A stretch of DNA of 32,000 nucleotides from Pasteurella multocida (lineage in GTDB: Bacteria > Pseudomonadota > Gammaproteobacteria > Enterobacterales > Pasteurellaceae): positions 540,001 to 572,000 of the forward strand of contig NZ_LT906458.1 in NCBI RefSeq assembly GCF_900187275.1, in the 5' to 3' direction. Position 1 is the stretch's first letter. Every line of letters starts with the position of its first letter. The translations under genes were made by a program, and so were the position numbers. The notes below the pieces were generated by a model that saw nothing but the letters and a program-made list of their open reading frames with translations, had not been told where the DNA came from and did not search any database. Shown here one piece after another: positions 21,155-30,390 of the stretch.

Positions 21155-22105
21155 ATGTTAAAAATTGTTTTTCTAGATAGTACCGCGATACCTAAACATA
21201 TCCCGATTCCTCGCCCAAATTTTCCACATCAATGGGTTGAATATGAGCATACGACACCAGATCAAGTCGTAGAACGTATGCAAGATGTAGACATTGCGGT
21301 AACCAGTAAAGTCCTCTTTAGTCGTGAAGTGATGCAACAATTACCTAAATTAAAATTAATCGCGATTACGGCAACAGGGACCAATAATGTGGATTTGGTG
21401 GCTGCACAAGAACTTGGAATCACGGTGAAAAATGTGACAGGGTATTCATCTACAACCGTACCAGAGCATGTGATAGGTCTGATATATGCGCTCAAACACA
21501 GTATTATGAGCTGGTATCGCGATCAGTTATCTGCAAAATGGGCAGATTGCAAACAATTTTGTTACTTTGATTATCCGATTACAGATGTGAAAGGCTCAAC
21601 CCTTGGTGTCGTGGGACGAGGCTGTTTAGGTTCTGAAATCGGTCGATTAGCGACCGCACTTGGCATGAATGTACTTTATGCTGAACATAAAGGTGCGAAA
21701 ACATGTCGTGAGGGTTATACCCCCTTTGAAGACGTGTTAGCACAAGCGGATATCTTGACATTACATTGCCCATTGACGGACACCACACAAAATCTGATCA
21801 ATCAAGACACGTTAGCTTTGATGAAAAAAGGCGCATTTTTAATTAATACAGGGCGTGGTCCTTTAGTGGATGAACAAGCGTTAGTCGCTGCGTTAGAAAG
21901 TGGACATCTTGGTGGTGCCGCGGTTGATGTGTTAGTGAAAGAACCGCCTGAAAAAAACAACCCAATTATCCAAGCTGCCACACGTTTGCCTAATTTAATT
22001 GTTACCCCGCATATTGCTTGGGCATCCGACAGTGCGGTTACTACCTTAGTGAATAAGGTGAAACAAAACATTGAAGACTTTGTAAAAAATGAGCAGATTG
22101 CTTAA
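21155..22105 (+). CDS. D-isomer-specific 2-hydroxyacid dehydrogenase (glycerate dehydrogenase-like)
   Basis: Contains the NAD-binding motif GVVGRGCLGSEIG and the catalytic region PHIAWAS. Length is 316 aa. Confidence 0.85.
   Translation: MLKIVFLDSTAIPKHIPIPRPNFPHQWVEYEHTTPDQVVERMQDVDIAVTSKVLFSREVMQQLPKLKLIAITATGTNNVDLVAAQELGITVKNVTGYSSTTVPEHVIGLIYALKHSIMSWYRDQLSAKWADCKQFCYFDYPITDVKGSTLGVVGRGCLGSEIGRLATALGMNVLYAEHKGAKTCREGYTPFEDVLAQADILTLHCPLTDTTQNLINQDTLALMKKGAFLINTGRGPLVDEQALVAALESGHLGGAAVDVLVKEPPEKNNPIIQAATRLPNLIVTPHIAWASDSAVTTLVNKVKQNIEDFVKNEQIA
21653..21661 (-). repeat. USS core (ACCGCACTT on the plus strand)
   Basis: Perfect 9-mer. Confidence 0.8.
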
Positions 22106-22112
22106 CTAAATT

Positions 22113-22166
22113 AAATATCGTGATGTTGTTGTATGTTGTTTATGCAATAATAGCACGATATTTTTT
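22113..22166 (+). terminator. Long hairpin plus T6 downstream of the dehydrogenase gene
   Basis: AAATATCGTG (22113-22122) pairs with CACGATATTT (22154-22163). A 31-nt GU-rich interior has an inner TTGTAT/ATGCAA stem. The T-run ends at 22166. Confidence 0.45.
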
Positions 22167-22186
22167 ATGACTTGATTTTGGTAAAA

Positions 22187-23377
22187 ATGAAATTTTCTGT
22201 TCCTTTATTCATTGCATTGCGTTACTGGCGAGCAAAAAGTGCGGACCGTTTTGGACGTCTGGTTACCAATCTGGCCAGTATTGGTATTGTGTTGGGCGTG
22301 ATGGCATTGATCATTGTGTTGTCAGTGATGAATGGCTTAGAACAACATCAAAAGAAGCATGTCTTAGCAAACATTCCACACGCCATTGTTATGCCAGCAA
22401 CACAACGCATTACATTAACAGATGAAATGATTGTATTACCGCCTTTTGTGCAAAAAGCGGTGCCGATCAATCAAACACAAGTGATTTTACAAACAGCGAC
22501 AGGCGTGAGTGCAGGTCAAGTCATTGGTGTACAACAATCGGCTGATGATCCTTTATTAATGGATATGTTGAGCCCTGATTTTGAACAAATTCTACCACCA
22601 GGTGCCTTTAATTTAGTGATTGGGGTGCAACTCGCACAAAAATTACAGCTACATATTGGCGATAAAGTGCGTTTGATGATGACGGAAAACAGTCAATATA
22701 CCCCTTTCGGTCGTGTTCCCGTACAACGTCTGTTTACGGTCAGTGATATTTATTATTCAGGAGATGAAGCATCGAGTTATGAAGTTTTTGCTCATTTATC
22801 TGATATTGGACGTTTAATGCGCATTCAACCTGAGCAGGCACAAGGCTATCGTTTATTTCTGCAAGACCCTTTCCAAATTACTGAACTTCCACAATATTTT
22901 GCTGAGCAATCTTGGCAATTATACGACTGGCGTCAACAAAAAGGCGAATTTTTCCAAGCGGTGCGTATGGAAAAAAACATGATGGGACTCTTAATTAGCT
23001 TAATTATTGTTGTGGCAGTTTCTAATATTGTGACATCACTTAGCCTTATGGTCGTGGATAAACAAGGCGAGATCGCGATTTTACAAACACAAGGACTTAA
23101 TAAACGCCAAGTGCGGTCGATTTTTATTTATCAAGGTTGTTTGGTCGGTTTTGTTGGTACCGTGATTGGTGCCATATTAGGTGTTCTCGTGACGCTAAAC
23201 TTAGATAGGCTAGTCGGTTGGTTCAATTCTGCGGATATTTATTTACCGACGGCATTTGATCCGCTCCAGTTCATGATTATTTTATTTTTTTCGTTATTAT
23301 TATCTTTAATTTCCACAATTTATCCTGCTTATCGTGCAGCGCAAATTGATCCGGCAGAAGCACTACGTTATGAATAA
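22187..23377 (+). CDS. lolC: Lipoprotein-releasing system permease LolC
   Basis: FtsX/MacB-type permease with the N-terminus [19 protein letters not shown], like E. coli LolC. It is first in the lolCDE order. ATG at 22187; the ORF-track start at 22172 is TTG. Confidence 0.85.
   Translation: MKFSVPLFIALRYWRAKSADRFGRLVTNLASIGIVLGVMALIIVLSVMNGLEQHQKKHVLANIPHAIVMPATQRITLTDEMIVLPPFVQKAVPINQTQVILQTATGVSAGQVIGVQQSADDPLLMDMLSPDFEQILPPGAFNLVIGVQLAQKLQLHIGDKVRLMMTENSQYTPFGRVPVQRLFTVSDIYYSGDEASSYEVFAHLSDIGRLMRIQPEQAQGYRLFLQDPFQITELPQYFAEQSWQLYDWRQQKGEFFQAVRMEKNMMGLLISLIIVVAVSNIVTSLSLMVVDKQGEIAILQTQGLNKRQVRSIFIYQGCLVGFVGTVIGAILGVLVTLNLDRLVGWFNSADIYLPTAFDPLQFMIILFFSLLLSLISTIYPAYRAAQIDPAEALRYE
23109..23117 (+). 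repeat. USS core AAGTGCGGT (in lolC)
   Basis: Perfect 9-mer followed by CGATTTTT. Confidence 0.8.
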
Positions 23378-24077
23378 GAAGGCAAACTTGGATATGAAAT
23401 CACACTTATTACATTGTCAGCATATTACAAAATATTATCAAGAAGGGGCGCAACAGACACAAGTTTTAAAAGACGTCTCTTTTTCGATGCAAGCAGGGGA
23501 GCTTGTCGCTATTGTCGGGAGTTCAGGGTCGGGGAAAAGCACACTCTTGCACGTGTTAGGGGGATTAGATCAGCCGACGAGTGGTGAAGTCTTTATTCAA
23601 AATCAATCATTGCAGAAAATTAATGCGAATCAGTTAGCGCAATTACGTAACCAATATTTAGGGTTTGTTTATCAATTTCATCATTTAATGGCGGATTTTA
23701 GCGCGCTTGAAAATGTGATGATGCCCATGTTAATTGGTAAGCAAAATAGATCGGAAGCGCAAGATCGTGCAGAAAAAATGTTAACTGCGGTGGGTTTATC
23801 ACATCGTATCTCACATCGCCCGTCCGCCCTTTCTGGTGGAGAAAGACAGCGCGTTGCCATTGCGCGCTCATTGGTCAATCATCCCGCTTTGGTGCTGGCT
23901 GATGAACCTACTGGTAACTTAGATCGGAAAACCACAGAAAGTATTTTCGATCTGATTAAACAACTCAATCACGAACAAAATATTGCGTTTTTATTAGTCA
24001 CACATGATTTAGTGCTAGCCGAAAAACTATCGCGTCGTTTAGTGATGCAAGATGGTGTATTACGTGAGGAGCATTAA
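23370..24077 (+). CDS. lolD: Lipoprotein-releasing system ATP-binding protein LolD
   Basis: Contains Walker [10 protein letters not shown], the signature LSGGERQR, and Walker B LVLADEPT. The start is either ATG 23370 (8-nt overlap with lolC) or ATG 23394; the latter aligns better with the E. coli LolD N-terminus. Confidence 0.9.
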   Translation: MNKKANLDMKSHLLHCQHITKYYQEGAQQTQVLKDVSFSMQAGELVAIVGSSGSGKSTLLHVLGGLDQPTSGEVFIQNQSLQKINANQLAQLRNQYLGFVYQFHHLMADFSALENVMMPMLIGKQNRSEAQDRAEKMLTAVGLSHRISHRPSALSGGERQRVAIARSLVNHPALVLADEPTGNLDRKTTESIFDLIKQLNHEQNIAFLLVTHDLVLAEKLSRRLVMQDGVLREEH

Positions 24078-25331
24078 ATGAATACACCGTTTTTTATTAG
24101 TTGGCGTTATCAGCGGAGTAAGCAAAAAAATCGCTTAGTTTCTTTGATTTCTGCGTTTTCTAGCATTGGTATTGCACTGGGCGTTGCTGTGCTAATTGTG
24201 GGACTGAGCGCCATGAATGGATTTGAACGAGAGTTAAATCAACGCATTTTAGCGGTGGTTCCGCATGTTGAAATAATGGCTTATCCCAATGAAAAAGGTA
24301 CCAGTAGTATTAAACCTTGGCAACCCTTGGTTAAAACATTAGCGCAGCATGAGCAAGTCGACGGCATTTCGCCCTATGTGACTTTTACTGCTTTAGTTGA
24401 AAATGGCACTAAACTCAAAGTGGTGCAAGTCAAAGGGGTAGAAAAGTCCGCACAAGATCAAGTCAGCGCGTTAGGGCAATTTGTATTAGATGAAGGGTGG
24501 AAGGTTTTTGAACAGCAGTCTGGTTTGATTTTAGGTTATGGCATTGCTCGTGAGCTGGACGTAGTAGCTGGGGATTGGGTGAGTTTACTGATTTCGCCAC
24601 CCAATGAGCAAAATCAATTGGCTCAGCCCATTCGTCATCGCATCCAAGTCAGTGGCATTTTACGTTTAGAAGGTCAATTAGATCACAGCTATGCTTTATT
24701 ACCGCTTACACAAGCTCAGACACTATTAGGTATAAGCACAGACGAAGTACATGGTGTGGAACTAAAAGTGAAACAGCCATTTCAAGTACAAACATTAACG
24801 TTTCCGATGTTACAGGACTACCCGCAAGCCCTTTATGCACAACATTGGATTCATAAATTTGGTTATATGTATCGAGATATCCAATTAATTCGTAGCGTGA
24901 TGTATATCGCTATGGTATTGGTCATCGGTGTAGCTTGCTTTAATATTATTTCGACCTTGATTATGGCGGTGAAAGATAAACAAGGTGATATTGCGATTAT
25001 GCGTACTTTAGGGGCAAATAATCGCTTTATTAAGCAAATTTTTATTTGGTATGGCTTGCAAGCAGGCATGAAAGGGTGTTTAATTGGCATCTTTTTAGGC
25101 ATTATTTTGGCGTTAAACTTAACCTCAATCATACAGGGGATTGAATATTTACTAGGGCGGAAACTGCTATCTGATGGGATTTATTTTGTGGATTTCTTAC
25201 CAAGTGAATTACATTGGCAAGATATTTTGCTCGTATTCTGTTCAGCATTAATTTTGAGTTTACTTGCTAGCCTATATCCCGCAAATCGTGCCGCCAAATT
25301 ACAACCTGCACAAGTTTTGAGTCATTATTAG
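24078..25331 (+). CDS. lolE: Lipoprotein-releasing system permease LolE
   Basis: A second FtsX-type permease. Its ATG follows the lolD stop directly (TAAATG). Confidence 0.85.
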   Translation: MNTPFFISWRYQRSKQKNRLVSLISAFSSIGIALGVAVLIVGLSAMNGFERELNQRILAVVPHVEIMAYPNEKGTSSIKPWQPLVKTLAQHEQVDGISPYVTFTALVENGTKLKVVQVKGVEKSAQDQVSALGQFVLDEGWKVFEQQSGLILGYGIARELDVVAGDWVSLLISPPNEQNQLAQPIRHRIQVSGILRLEGQLDHSYALLPLTQAQTLLGISTDEVHGVELKVKQPFQVQTLTFPMLQDYPQALYAQHWIHKFGYMYRDIQLIRSVMYIAMVLVIGVACFNIISTLIMAVKDKQGDIAIMRTLGANNRFIKQIFIWYGLQAGMKGCLIGIFLGIILALNLTSIIQGIEYLLGRKLLSDGIYFVDFLPSELHWQDILLVFCSALILSLLASLYPANRAAKLQPAQVLSHY

Positions 25332-25355
25332 ATGAATTATTATAAATGATACTGA

Positions 25356-25373
25356 AAACTAGTTTACTAGTGT
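25356..25373. promoter_or_regulatory. TrpR-type operator AAACTAGTTTACTAGTGT
   Basis: Two ACTAGT palindromes (25358-25363 and 25366-25371) are separated by 2 nt. This is the same geometry as the E. coli trp operator GTACTAGTTAACTAGTAC. It lies about 105 nt upstream of the DAHP synthase ATG. Confidence 0.55.
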
Positions 25374-25476
25374 GTTTATTGGTGCTGGATTGGCAGTATC
25401 AATAATTTTGATAAATAACCTATTGAAAAATAAGATTAAAAAATGAACCGTTTTATAAGAAGTAAGTGAGCGCAGT

Positions 25477-26562
25477 ATGACAGAATATAAAAATGAAATT
25501 TATATCGAAAATGATGACACCAGAATTGATAAAATTGAACAAGTTTTACCGCCTGTGGCGTTATTAGAAAAATTTCCTGCCAGTGATGTGGCAGTAGAAA
25601 CCGTCAGACAAACACGAAAAAAAGCACATAATATTATTCATCGAAAAGATGACCGTTTATTAGTTGTCATGGGACCTTGTTCCATTCATGATCCTGTTTC
25701 TGCGCTGGAGTATGCGAAACGGATTAAAATGATGCGCGAAAAATACCAAGATAGCTTGGAGATTATTATGCGTGTCTATTTTGAAAAACCGCGGACCACA
25801 GTAGGGTGGAAAGGCTTGATTAATGATCCTCACCTAAATGGTACCTTTGAGCTGAATGAAGGGTTGCGTCTTGCGCGTAAATTATTATCGGACGTTAATG
25901 ATTTAGGGGTACCGGCTGCGGGTGAATTTTTGGATATGATTACACCACAATATCTGGCTGATTTCATGAGTTGGGGGGCGATTGGTGCCAGAACCACAGA
26001 ATCACAGGTGCACCGTGAGCTTGCCTCAGGTCTATCTTGTGCAGTTGGTTTTAAAAATGGCACGAATGGCGGGGTCAGAATCGCGTTAGATGCGATTGGG
26101 GCAGCAGAAGCACCACATTATTTTCTTTCTGTCACGAAATTTGGTCATTCTGCGATTGTATCTACAAAAGGGAATGAAGACTGCCACATTATTTTACGAG
26201 GCGGTGATAAAGGTCCTAATTATGATGCAGAGCATATTGCTATGGTTTGTGCAGAGATCGAAAAAACAGGGCGTATTCCACATGTGATGGTCGATTTTAG
26301 CCATGCTAACAGTTGTAAACAATTTAAAAAACAATTGGAAGTTTGTGACAGTGTTTGCCAGCAAATCGCTATGGGTTCTACTCAAATCTTTGGTGTGATG
26401 GTAGAAAGCCATCTTGTTGAAGGGCGACAAGATTTAGTAGATGGAAAAGCGGTCACTTATGGGCAGAGTATCACGGACGCTTGTATTGGGTGGGAAGATA
26501 GCGAGAAAGTTTTGGAATCGCTTTCAAAGGCTGTCATCCAACGCCGAAATTTGCAGCAATAA
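25477..26562 (+). CDS. aroG: 3-deoxy-7-phosphoheptulonate (DAHP) synthase, class I alpha
   Basis: LPPVALLEKFPA, RVYFEKPRTTVGWKGLINDP and ARTTESQVHRELASGLS are nearly identical to E. coli AroG as recalled. The feedback specificity cannot be read from the sequence. Confidence 0.88.
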   Translation: MTEYKNEIYIENDDTRIDKIEQVLPPVALLEKFPASDVAVETVRQTRKKAHNIIHRKDDRLLVVMGPCSIHDPVSALEYAKRIKMMREKYQDSLEIIMRVYFEKPRTTVGWKGLINDPHLNGTFELNEGLRLARKLLSDVNDLGVPAAGEFLDMITPQYLADFMSWGAIGARTTESQVHRELASGLSCAVGFKNGTNGGVRIALDAIGAAEAPHYFLSVTKFGHSAIVSTKGNEDCHIILRGGDKGPNYDAEHIAMVCAEIEKTGRIPHVMVDFSHANSCKQFKKQLEVCDSVCQQIAMGSTQIFGVMVESHLVEGRQDLVDGKAVTYGQSITDACIGWEDSEKVLESLSKAVIQRRNLQQ

Positions 26563-26571
26563 ATACAGGTT

Positions 26572-26603
26572 AAAGCGTCAGTGAATCTGGCGCTTTTTCT
26601 TTT
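26572..26603 (+). terminator. aroG intrinsic terminator
   Basis: AAAGCGTCAG pairs with CTGGCGCTTT, followed by TTTCTTTT. Confidence 0.8.
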
Positions 26604-26707
26604 CCTCTCAGTCAGATAGCATAATTCTCTTTTATCCTCCCTTTATTTTCCTCTTTAACCTTGTTTTTATCCTCTTAATATGCGGTTAACTATTTTTGCA
26701 TTTCTTA

Positions 26708-26745
26708 AAGCAAACGTTTGCCTTTCTAAATAAGCGGATTATAAT
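26708..26745 (+). promoter_or_regulatory. PurR box AAGCAAACGTTTGCCT overlapping the -35 of the codB promoter (TTTGCC-17-TATAAT)
   Basis: The 16-mer at 26708-26723 matches the PurR consensus ACGCAAACGTTTGCGT at 14/16 positions. -35 is at 26717-26722 and -10 TATAAT at 26740-26745. The codB ATG is at 26784. Confidence 0.65.
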
Positions 26746-26783
26746 ACAGCGATTTTTTATTTTTTGACCAAAAGGAATTAAAA

Positions 26784-28010
26784 ATGAGTTTAGATAACTT
26801 TAGTTTGAAACCGGTACCACAACATGAGCGTAAAGGGGGTATTGCGCTGACATTTGTGATGTTAGGTTTGACATTTTTCTCTGCAAGTATGTGGACGGGT
26901 GGCACTTTAGGCACTTCACTGCACTATGACGATTTTTGGACCGCTATTTTGATTGGTAACTTAATGCTAGGGGTCTATACCGCTTGTTTAGGTTATATTG
27001 GCGCCAAAACGGGGCTAACCACGCATATTCTGGCACGTTATTCTTTTGGGGTAAAAGGCTCATGGTTACCGTCTTTATTGCTTGGTGGAACACAAGTTGG
27101 TTGGTTTGGTGTTGGGGTGGCGATGTTCGCTATTCCGGTCAATAAAGTCACGGGAATTGATGTAAATACGTTAATTATTGCATCGGGATTATTAATGACC
27201 GTAACGGTGTATTTTGGGATTTCTGCCCTGACAGTATTATCTGCCGTTGCTGTGCCTGCGATTGCTGTTTTAGGTTCTTATTCTGTGTATTTAGCGGTAA
27301 CAGACGCAGGAGGACTAGATGTACTCAGAAGTATTGTTCCGAAAGAACAAATGCCTCTCTCTATGGCGATTACTCTAGTAGTGGGTTCTTTTATTAGTGC
27401 GGGGAGCTTAACTGCGGATTTTGTCCGCTTTGGGCGTGTACCGAAACAAGCGATTCTTATCAGCATGATCGCGTTCTTCCTAGGTAACTCGTTGATGTTT
27501 ATTTTTGGTGCCGCTGGGGCGTAAGTAAAAGGCATGGCAGATATTTCTGATGTTATGGTCGCGCAAGGGTTAATCTTACCTGCCATTATTGTATTAGGTT
27601 TAAACATTTGGACCACTAACGATAACGCGCTTTATGCGTCAGGCTTAGGTTTTGCCAATATTACCGGGTTAAGTAGCCGTATTTTATCCATGGTGAATGG
27701 CGTGATTGGCACATTGTCTGCATTATGGCTATATAATAATTTTGTTGGCTGGCTCACTTTCTTATCTTCAGCAATTCCACCTGTGGGAGGCGTTATTATT
27801 GCGGATTACTTGCTACGTCGTAAATCTTATCAAGATTTTGAACAAGCCAAATTCGTGACTATTAATTGGACCGCGATTATTGCTGTCGCGATAGGTGTCG
27901 CTTGTGGTAAATATTTACCGGGTATTATTCCTGTCAACGCAGTATTGGGTGGGGCACTGTCTTATCTTCTTCTTAATCCATTCTGTGCAAAAATCTTAGC
28001 AACCAAATAG
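26784..28010 (+). pseudogene. codB: Cytosine permease CodB (NCS1 family) interrupted by an in-frame TAA at 27522-27524
   Basis: ORFs 26784-27524 and 27534-28010 are in the same frame and together are collinear with E. coli CodB. The junction reads FGAAGA*VKGMADISDVM versus E. coli FGAAGAAALGMADISDVM as recalled. Confidence 0.8.
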
Positions 28011-28019
28011 GAGTGCATC

Positions 28020-29276
28020 ATGTTAATTAAAAACGTTCATCTTGCTGATCGAGAAGGGCTTTGGCAAATTTTGATTGAGGATCAAAAAATAGTGCAAATT
28101 TGTGCCAATGATGAAGTAATAAACTATGTCGGCGAAATTGTTGATGCAGAAAATGGTATTGCTTATCCACCTTTTGTTGAACCCCATATTCATTTAGACG
28201 CAACACAAACGGCAGGACAACCGAATTGGAACCAATCAGGCACCTTGTTTGAAGGCATTGAACGTTGGGCAGAGCGTAAATCCTTATTGAGTCATGAAGA
28301 TGTGAAAGCCCGTGCATGGAAAACGTTAAAATGGCAAATTGCAAATGGGGTGCAATATGTGCGTACGCATGTGGATGTATCTGATCCCACGTTAACGGCA
28401 CTGAAAGCGATGCTTGAAGTGAAAAAAGAAGTAGCACCTTGGATTGATTTGCAAATTGTGGCTTTTCCACAAGAAGGGATTTTGTCTTATCCTAATGGTG
28501 AAGCATTACTTGATCAAGCGATGGCGATGGGGGCGGATGTAGTAGGAGGCATTCCACATTTTGAATTTACACGTGAGTATGGCGTCGAGTCCATGCATAT
28601 TGCGTTTAAGATTGCGCGTAAATACGGAAAACAAATTGATATTCATTGTGACGAAATTGATGATGAACAGTCGCGTTTTGTGGAAACCGTTGCTGCTTTA
28701 GCCTTGAAATATGAAATGGGGGATAAAGTCACCGCGAGCCATACGACTGCAATGCACTCTTATAATGGTGCTTATGCCTCGCGTTTATTCCGTTTGTTAA
28801 AATTGTCAGGCATTCATTTTGTGGCGAATCCACTGGTGAATATCCATTTGCAAGGGCGTTTTGATACTTATCCAAAACGTCGTGGTATTACCAGAGTGAA
28901 AGAAATGCTGAAAAATAACATTAATGTGTGTTTCGGTCATGATGATGTGTTTGATCCTTGGTATCCATTGGGCACAGCCAATATGCTACAAGTATTACAT
29001 ATGGGGTTACATGTTTGTCAATTAATGGGTTATGGGCAAATTAATGAAGGGCTAAAATTAGTGACTGAAAATAGTGCAAAAGCATTAGGTTTAACGGACT
29101 ATGGTATTCAGGTTGGGCATTCGGCAAACTTGATTATTCTACCTGCAGAAAATGGTTTTGATGCGGTAAGAAGACAAGTACCAACACGTTATTCTATTCG
29201 TGCAGGTAAGATTATTGCAGAAACGAAATTGGCAGAAACGCAAATTTATCTTGCAGAGAAAGTCAGTTACAGCTAA
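28020..29276 (+). CDS. codA: Cytosine deaminase
   Basis: Contains the metal-binding motif EPHIHLD. Long runs match E. coli CodA ([53 protein letters not shown]). AGGAG RBS lies at 28009-28013. Confidence 0.95.
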   Translation: MLIKNVHLADREGLWQILIEDQKIVQICANDEVINYVGEIVDAENGIAYPPFVEPHIHLDATQTAGQPNWNQSGTLFEGIERWAERKSLLSHEDVKARAWKTLKWQIANGVQYVRTHVDVSDPTLTALKAMLEVKKEVAPWIDLQIVAFPQEGILSYPNGEALLDQAMAMGADVVGGIPHFEFTREYGVESMHIAFKIARKYGKQIDIHCDEIDDEQSRFVETVAALALKYEMGDKVTASHTTAMHSYNGAYASRLFRLLKLSGIHFVANPLVNIHLQGRFDTYPKRRGITRVKEMLKNNINVCFGHDDVFDPWYPLGTANMLQVLHMGLHVCQLMGYGQINEGLKLVTENSAKALGLTDYGIQVGHSANLIILPAENGFDAVRRQVPTRYSIRAGKIIAETKLAETQIYLAEKVSYS

Positions 29277-29308
29277 ATATAGCGTGATGATATCTCATCA
29301 ATAAGACA

Positions 29309-29352
29309 TAAAAGTGCGGTCGAAAATCTTGAAGTTTTCGACCGCACTTATG
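29309..29352. terminator. Inverted USS pair acting as a bidirectional terminator between the convergent codA and ilvE genes
   Basis: AAAAGTGCGGTCGAAAA (core 29312-29320) pairs with TTTTCGACCGCACTT (core 29341-29349). Confidence 0.8.
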
Positions 29353-29367
29353 TTTCTTTGCTAAGGG

Positions 29368-30390
29368 TTAGTTATCTACTTTAACAATCCAACCTTCAGG
29401 GGCTTCAACATCACCAAATTGGATACCCACTAATTCATTGTAGAGTTTGGTGGTGATTTCACCGACTTCCGTTTCAGAGTAGAACACATGGAAGTTATCA
29501 CCATATTGAATACCACCAATCGGTGTGATGACGGCGGCAGTACCACAAGCGCCCGCTTCTTTAAATTGATCTAATTGATCGATATACACATCCCCTTCTT
29601 CTGTTTCTAAACCTAACCGCGCTTTAGCGAGATAGAGTAACGAGTATTTCGTGATACTTGGCAGAATTGACGGCGAAAGCGGAGTAATAAATTTGTTATC
29701 TTTTGTGATACCGAAGAAATTCGCTGACCCCACTTCTTCAATTTTGGTGTGTGTGGTCGGGTCTAAATAAATACAGTCACCAAAGCCGTTTTGTTTGGCT
29801 TCTTTACCAGGATAAAGACTTGCTGCGTAATTTCCACCCACTTTTGCTGCCCCGGTTCCTTGCGGTGCGGCGCGATCATAATTTGAAACTAAGAAATTGG
29901 TCGGTTTTAAGCCACCTTTAAAATAAGCGCCAACAGGGCAGCAGAAAATCGAGAAAATATATTCTGGCGCAGGATTGACGCCGACATTGTCACCTACACC
30001 AATCAAGAAAGGGCGTAAATAGAGGGTGGCACCAGTACCATAAGGCGCTAACCATGCTTGATTCGCTTTGACCACTTGTTTACAGGCATCAATAAACATG
30101 TCTGTTGGCACTTCAGGCATCAATAAACGGCGACAACTGCGTTGCATACGTTCTGCATTTTGATCAGGGCGGAACAAGTTAATCGAACCGTCTTTACAGC
30201 GATAAGCTTTGAGTCCTTCAAAGCATTGTTGCCCATAATGAAGTGCGGTTGAACCTTCACTAATATGCAGTACATTATCTTGTGTCAGCTCGCCTTTTGA
30301 CCACTTTCCGTCTTTCCAATAAGCGATATAGCGATAATCTGTTTTAATATAGCCAAAGCCTAAATTTTTCCAATCAAGATCTTTTATCAT
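29368..30390 (-). CDS. ilvE: Branched-chain amino acid aminotransferase (class IV, long ~340-aa type)
   Basis: Contains CFEGLKAYR and the [15 protein letters not shown] motifs. Length is 340 aa. Confidence 0.92.
   Translation of the reverse strand: MIKDLDWKNLGFGYIKTDYRYIAYWKDGKWSKGELTQDNVLHISEGSTALHYGQQCFEGLKAYRCKDGSINLFRPDQNAERMQRSCRRLLMPEVPTDMFIDACKQVVKANQAWLAPYGTGATLYLRPFLIGVGDNVGVNPAPEYIFSIFCCPVGAYFKGGLKPTNFLVSNYDRAAPQGTGAAKVGGNYAASLYPGKEAKQNGFGDCIYLDPTTHTKIEEVGSANFFGITKDNKFITPLSPSILPSITKYSLLYLAKARLGLETEEGDVYIDQLDQFKEAGACGTAAVITPIGGIQYGDNFHVFYSETEVGEITTKLYNELVGIQFGDVEAPEGWIVKVDN
30241..30249 (+). repeat. USS core AAGTGCGGT (inside ilvE, opposite strand)
   Basis: Perfect 9-mer. Confidence 0.8.

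Noticed and set aside
25332-25349. Mini-ORF ATG AAT TAT TAT AAA TGA (MNYYK) directly after the lolE stop and before the TrpR-like operator. It could be a Tyr-rich leader peptide for the DAHP synthase.
   Set aside because: It has no RBS and no alternative terminator/antiterminator hairpins downstream. TAT is simply frequent in AT-rich spacers, so this is probably coincidence.
25443-25469. 8-codon uORF (MNRFIRSK) ending 8 nt before the aroG ATG.
   Set aside because: It has no recognisable RBS and no regulatory amino-acid bias. It may overlap the real 5' UTR, but there is no evidence of function.
27278-28470. Minus-strand ORFs of 112 aa (27278-27616) and 147 aa (28027-28470), antisense to codB and codA.
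   Set aside because: These are shadow ORFs of highly conserved sense genes. One conveniently spans the codB stop but has no independent signals.
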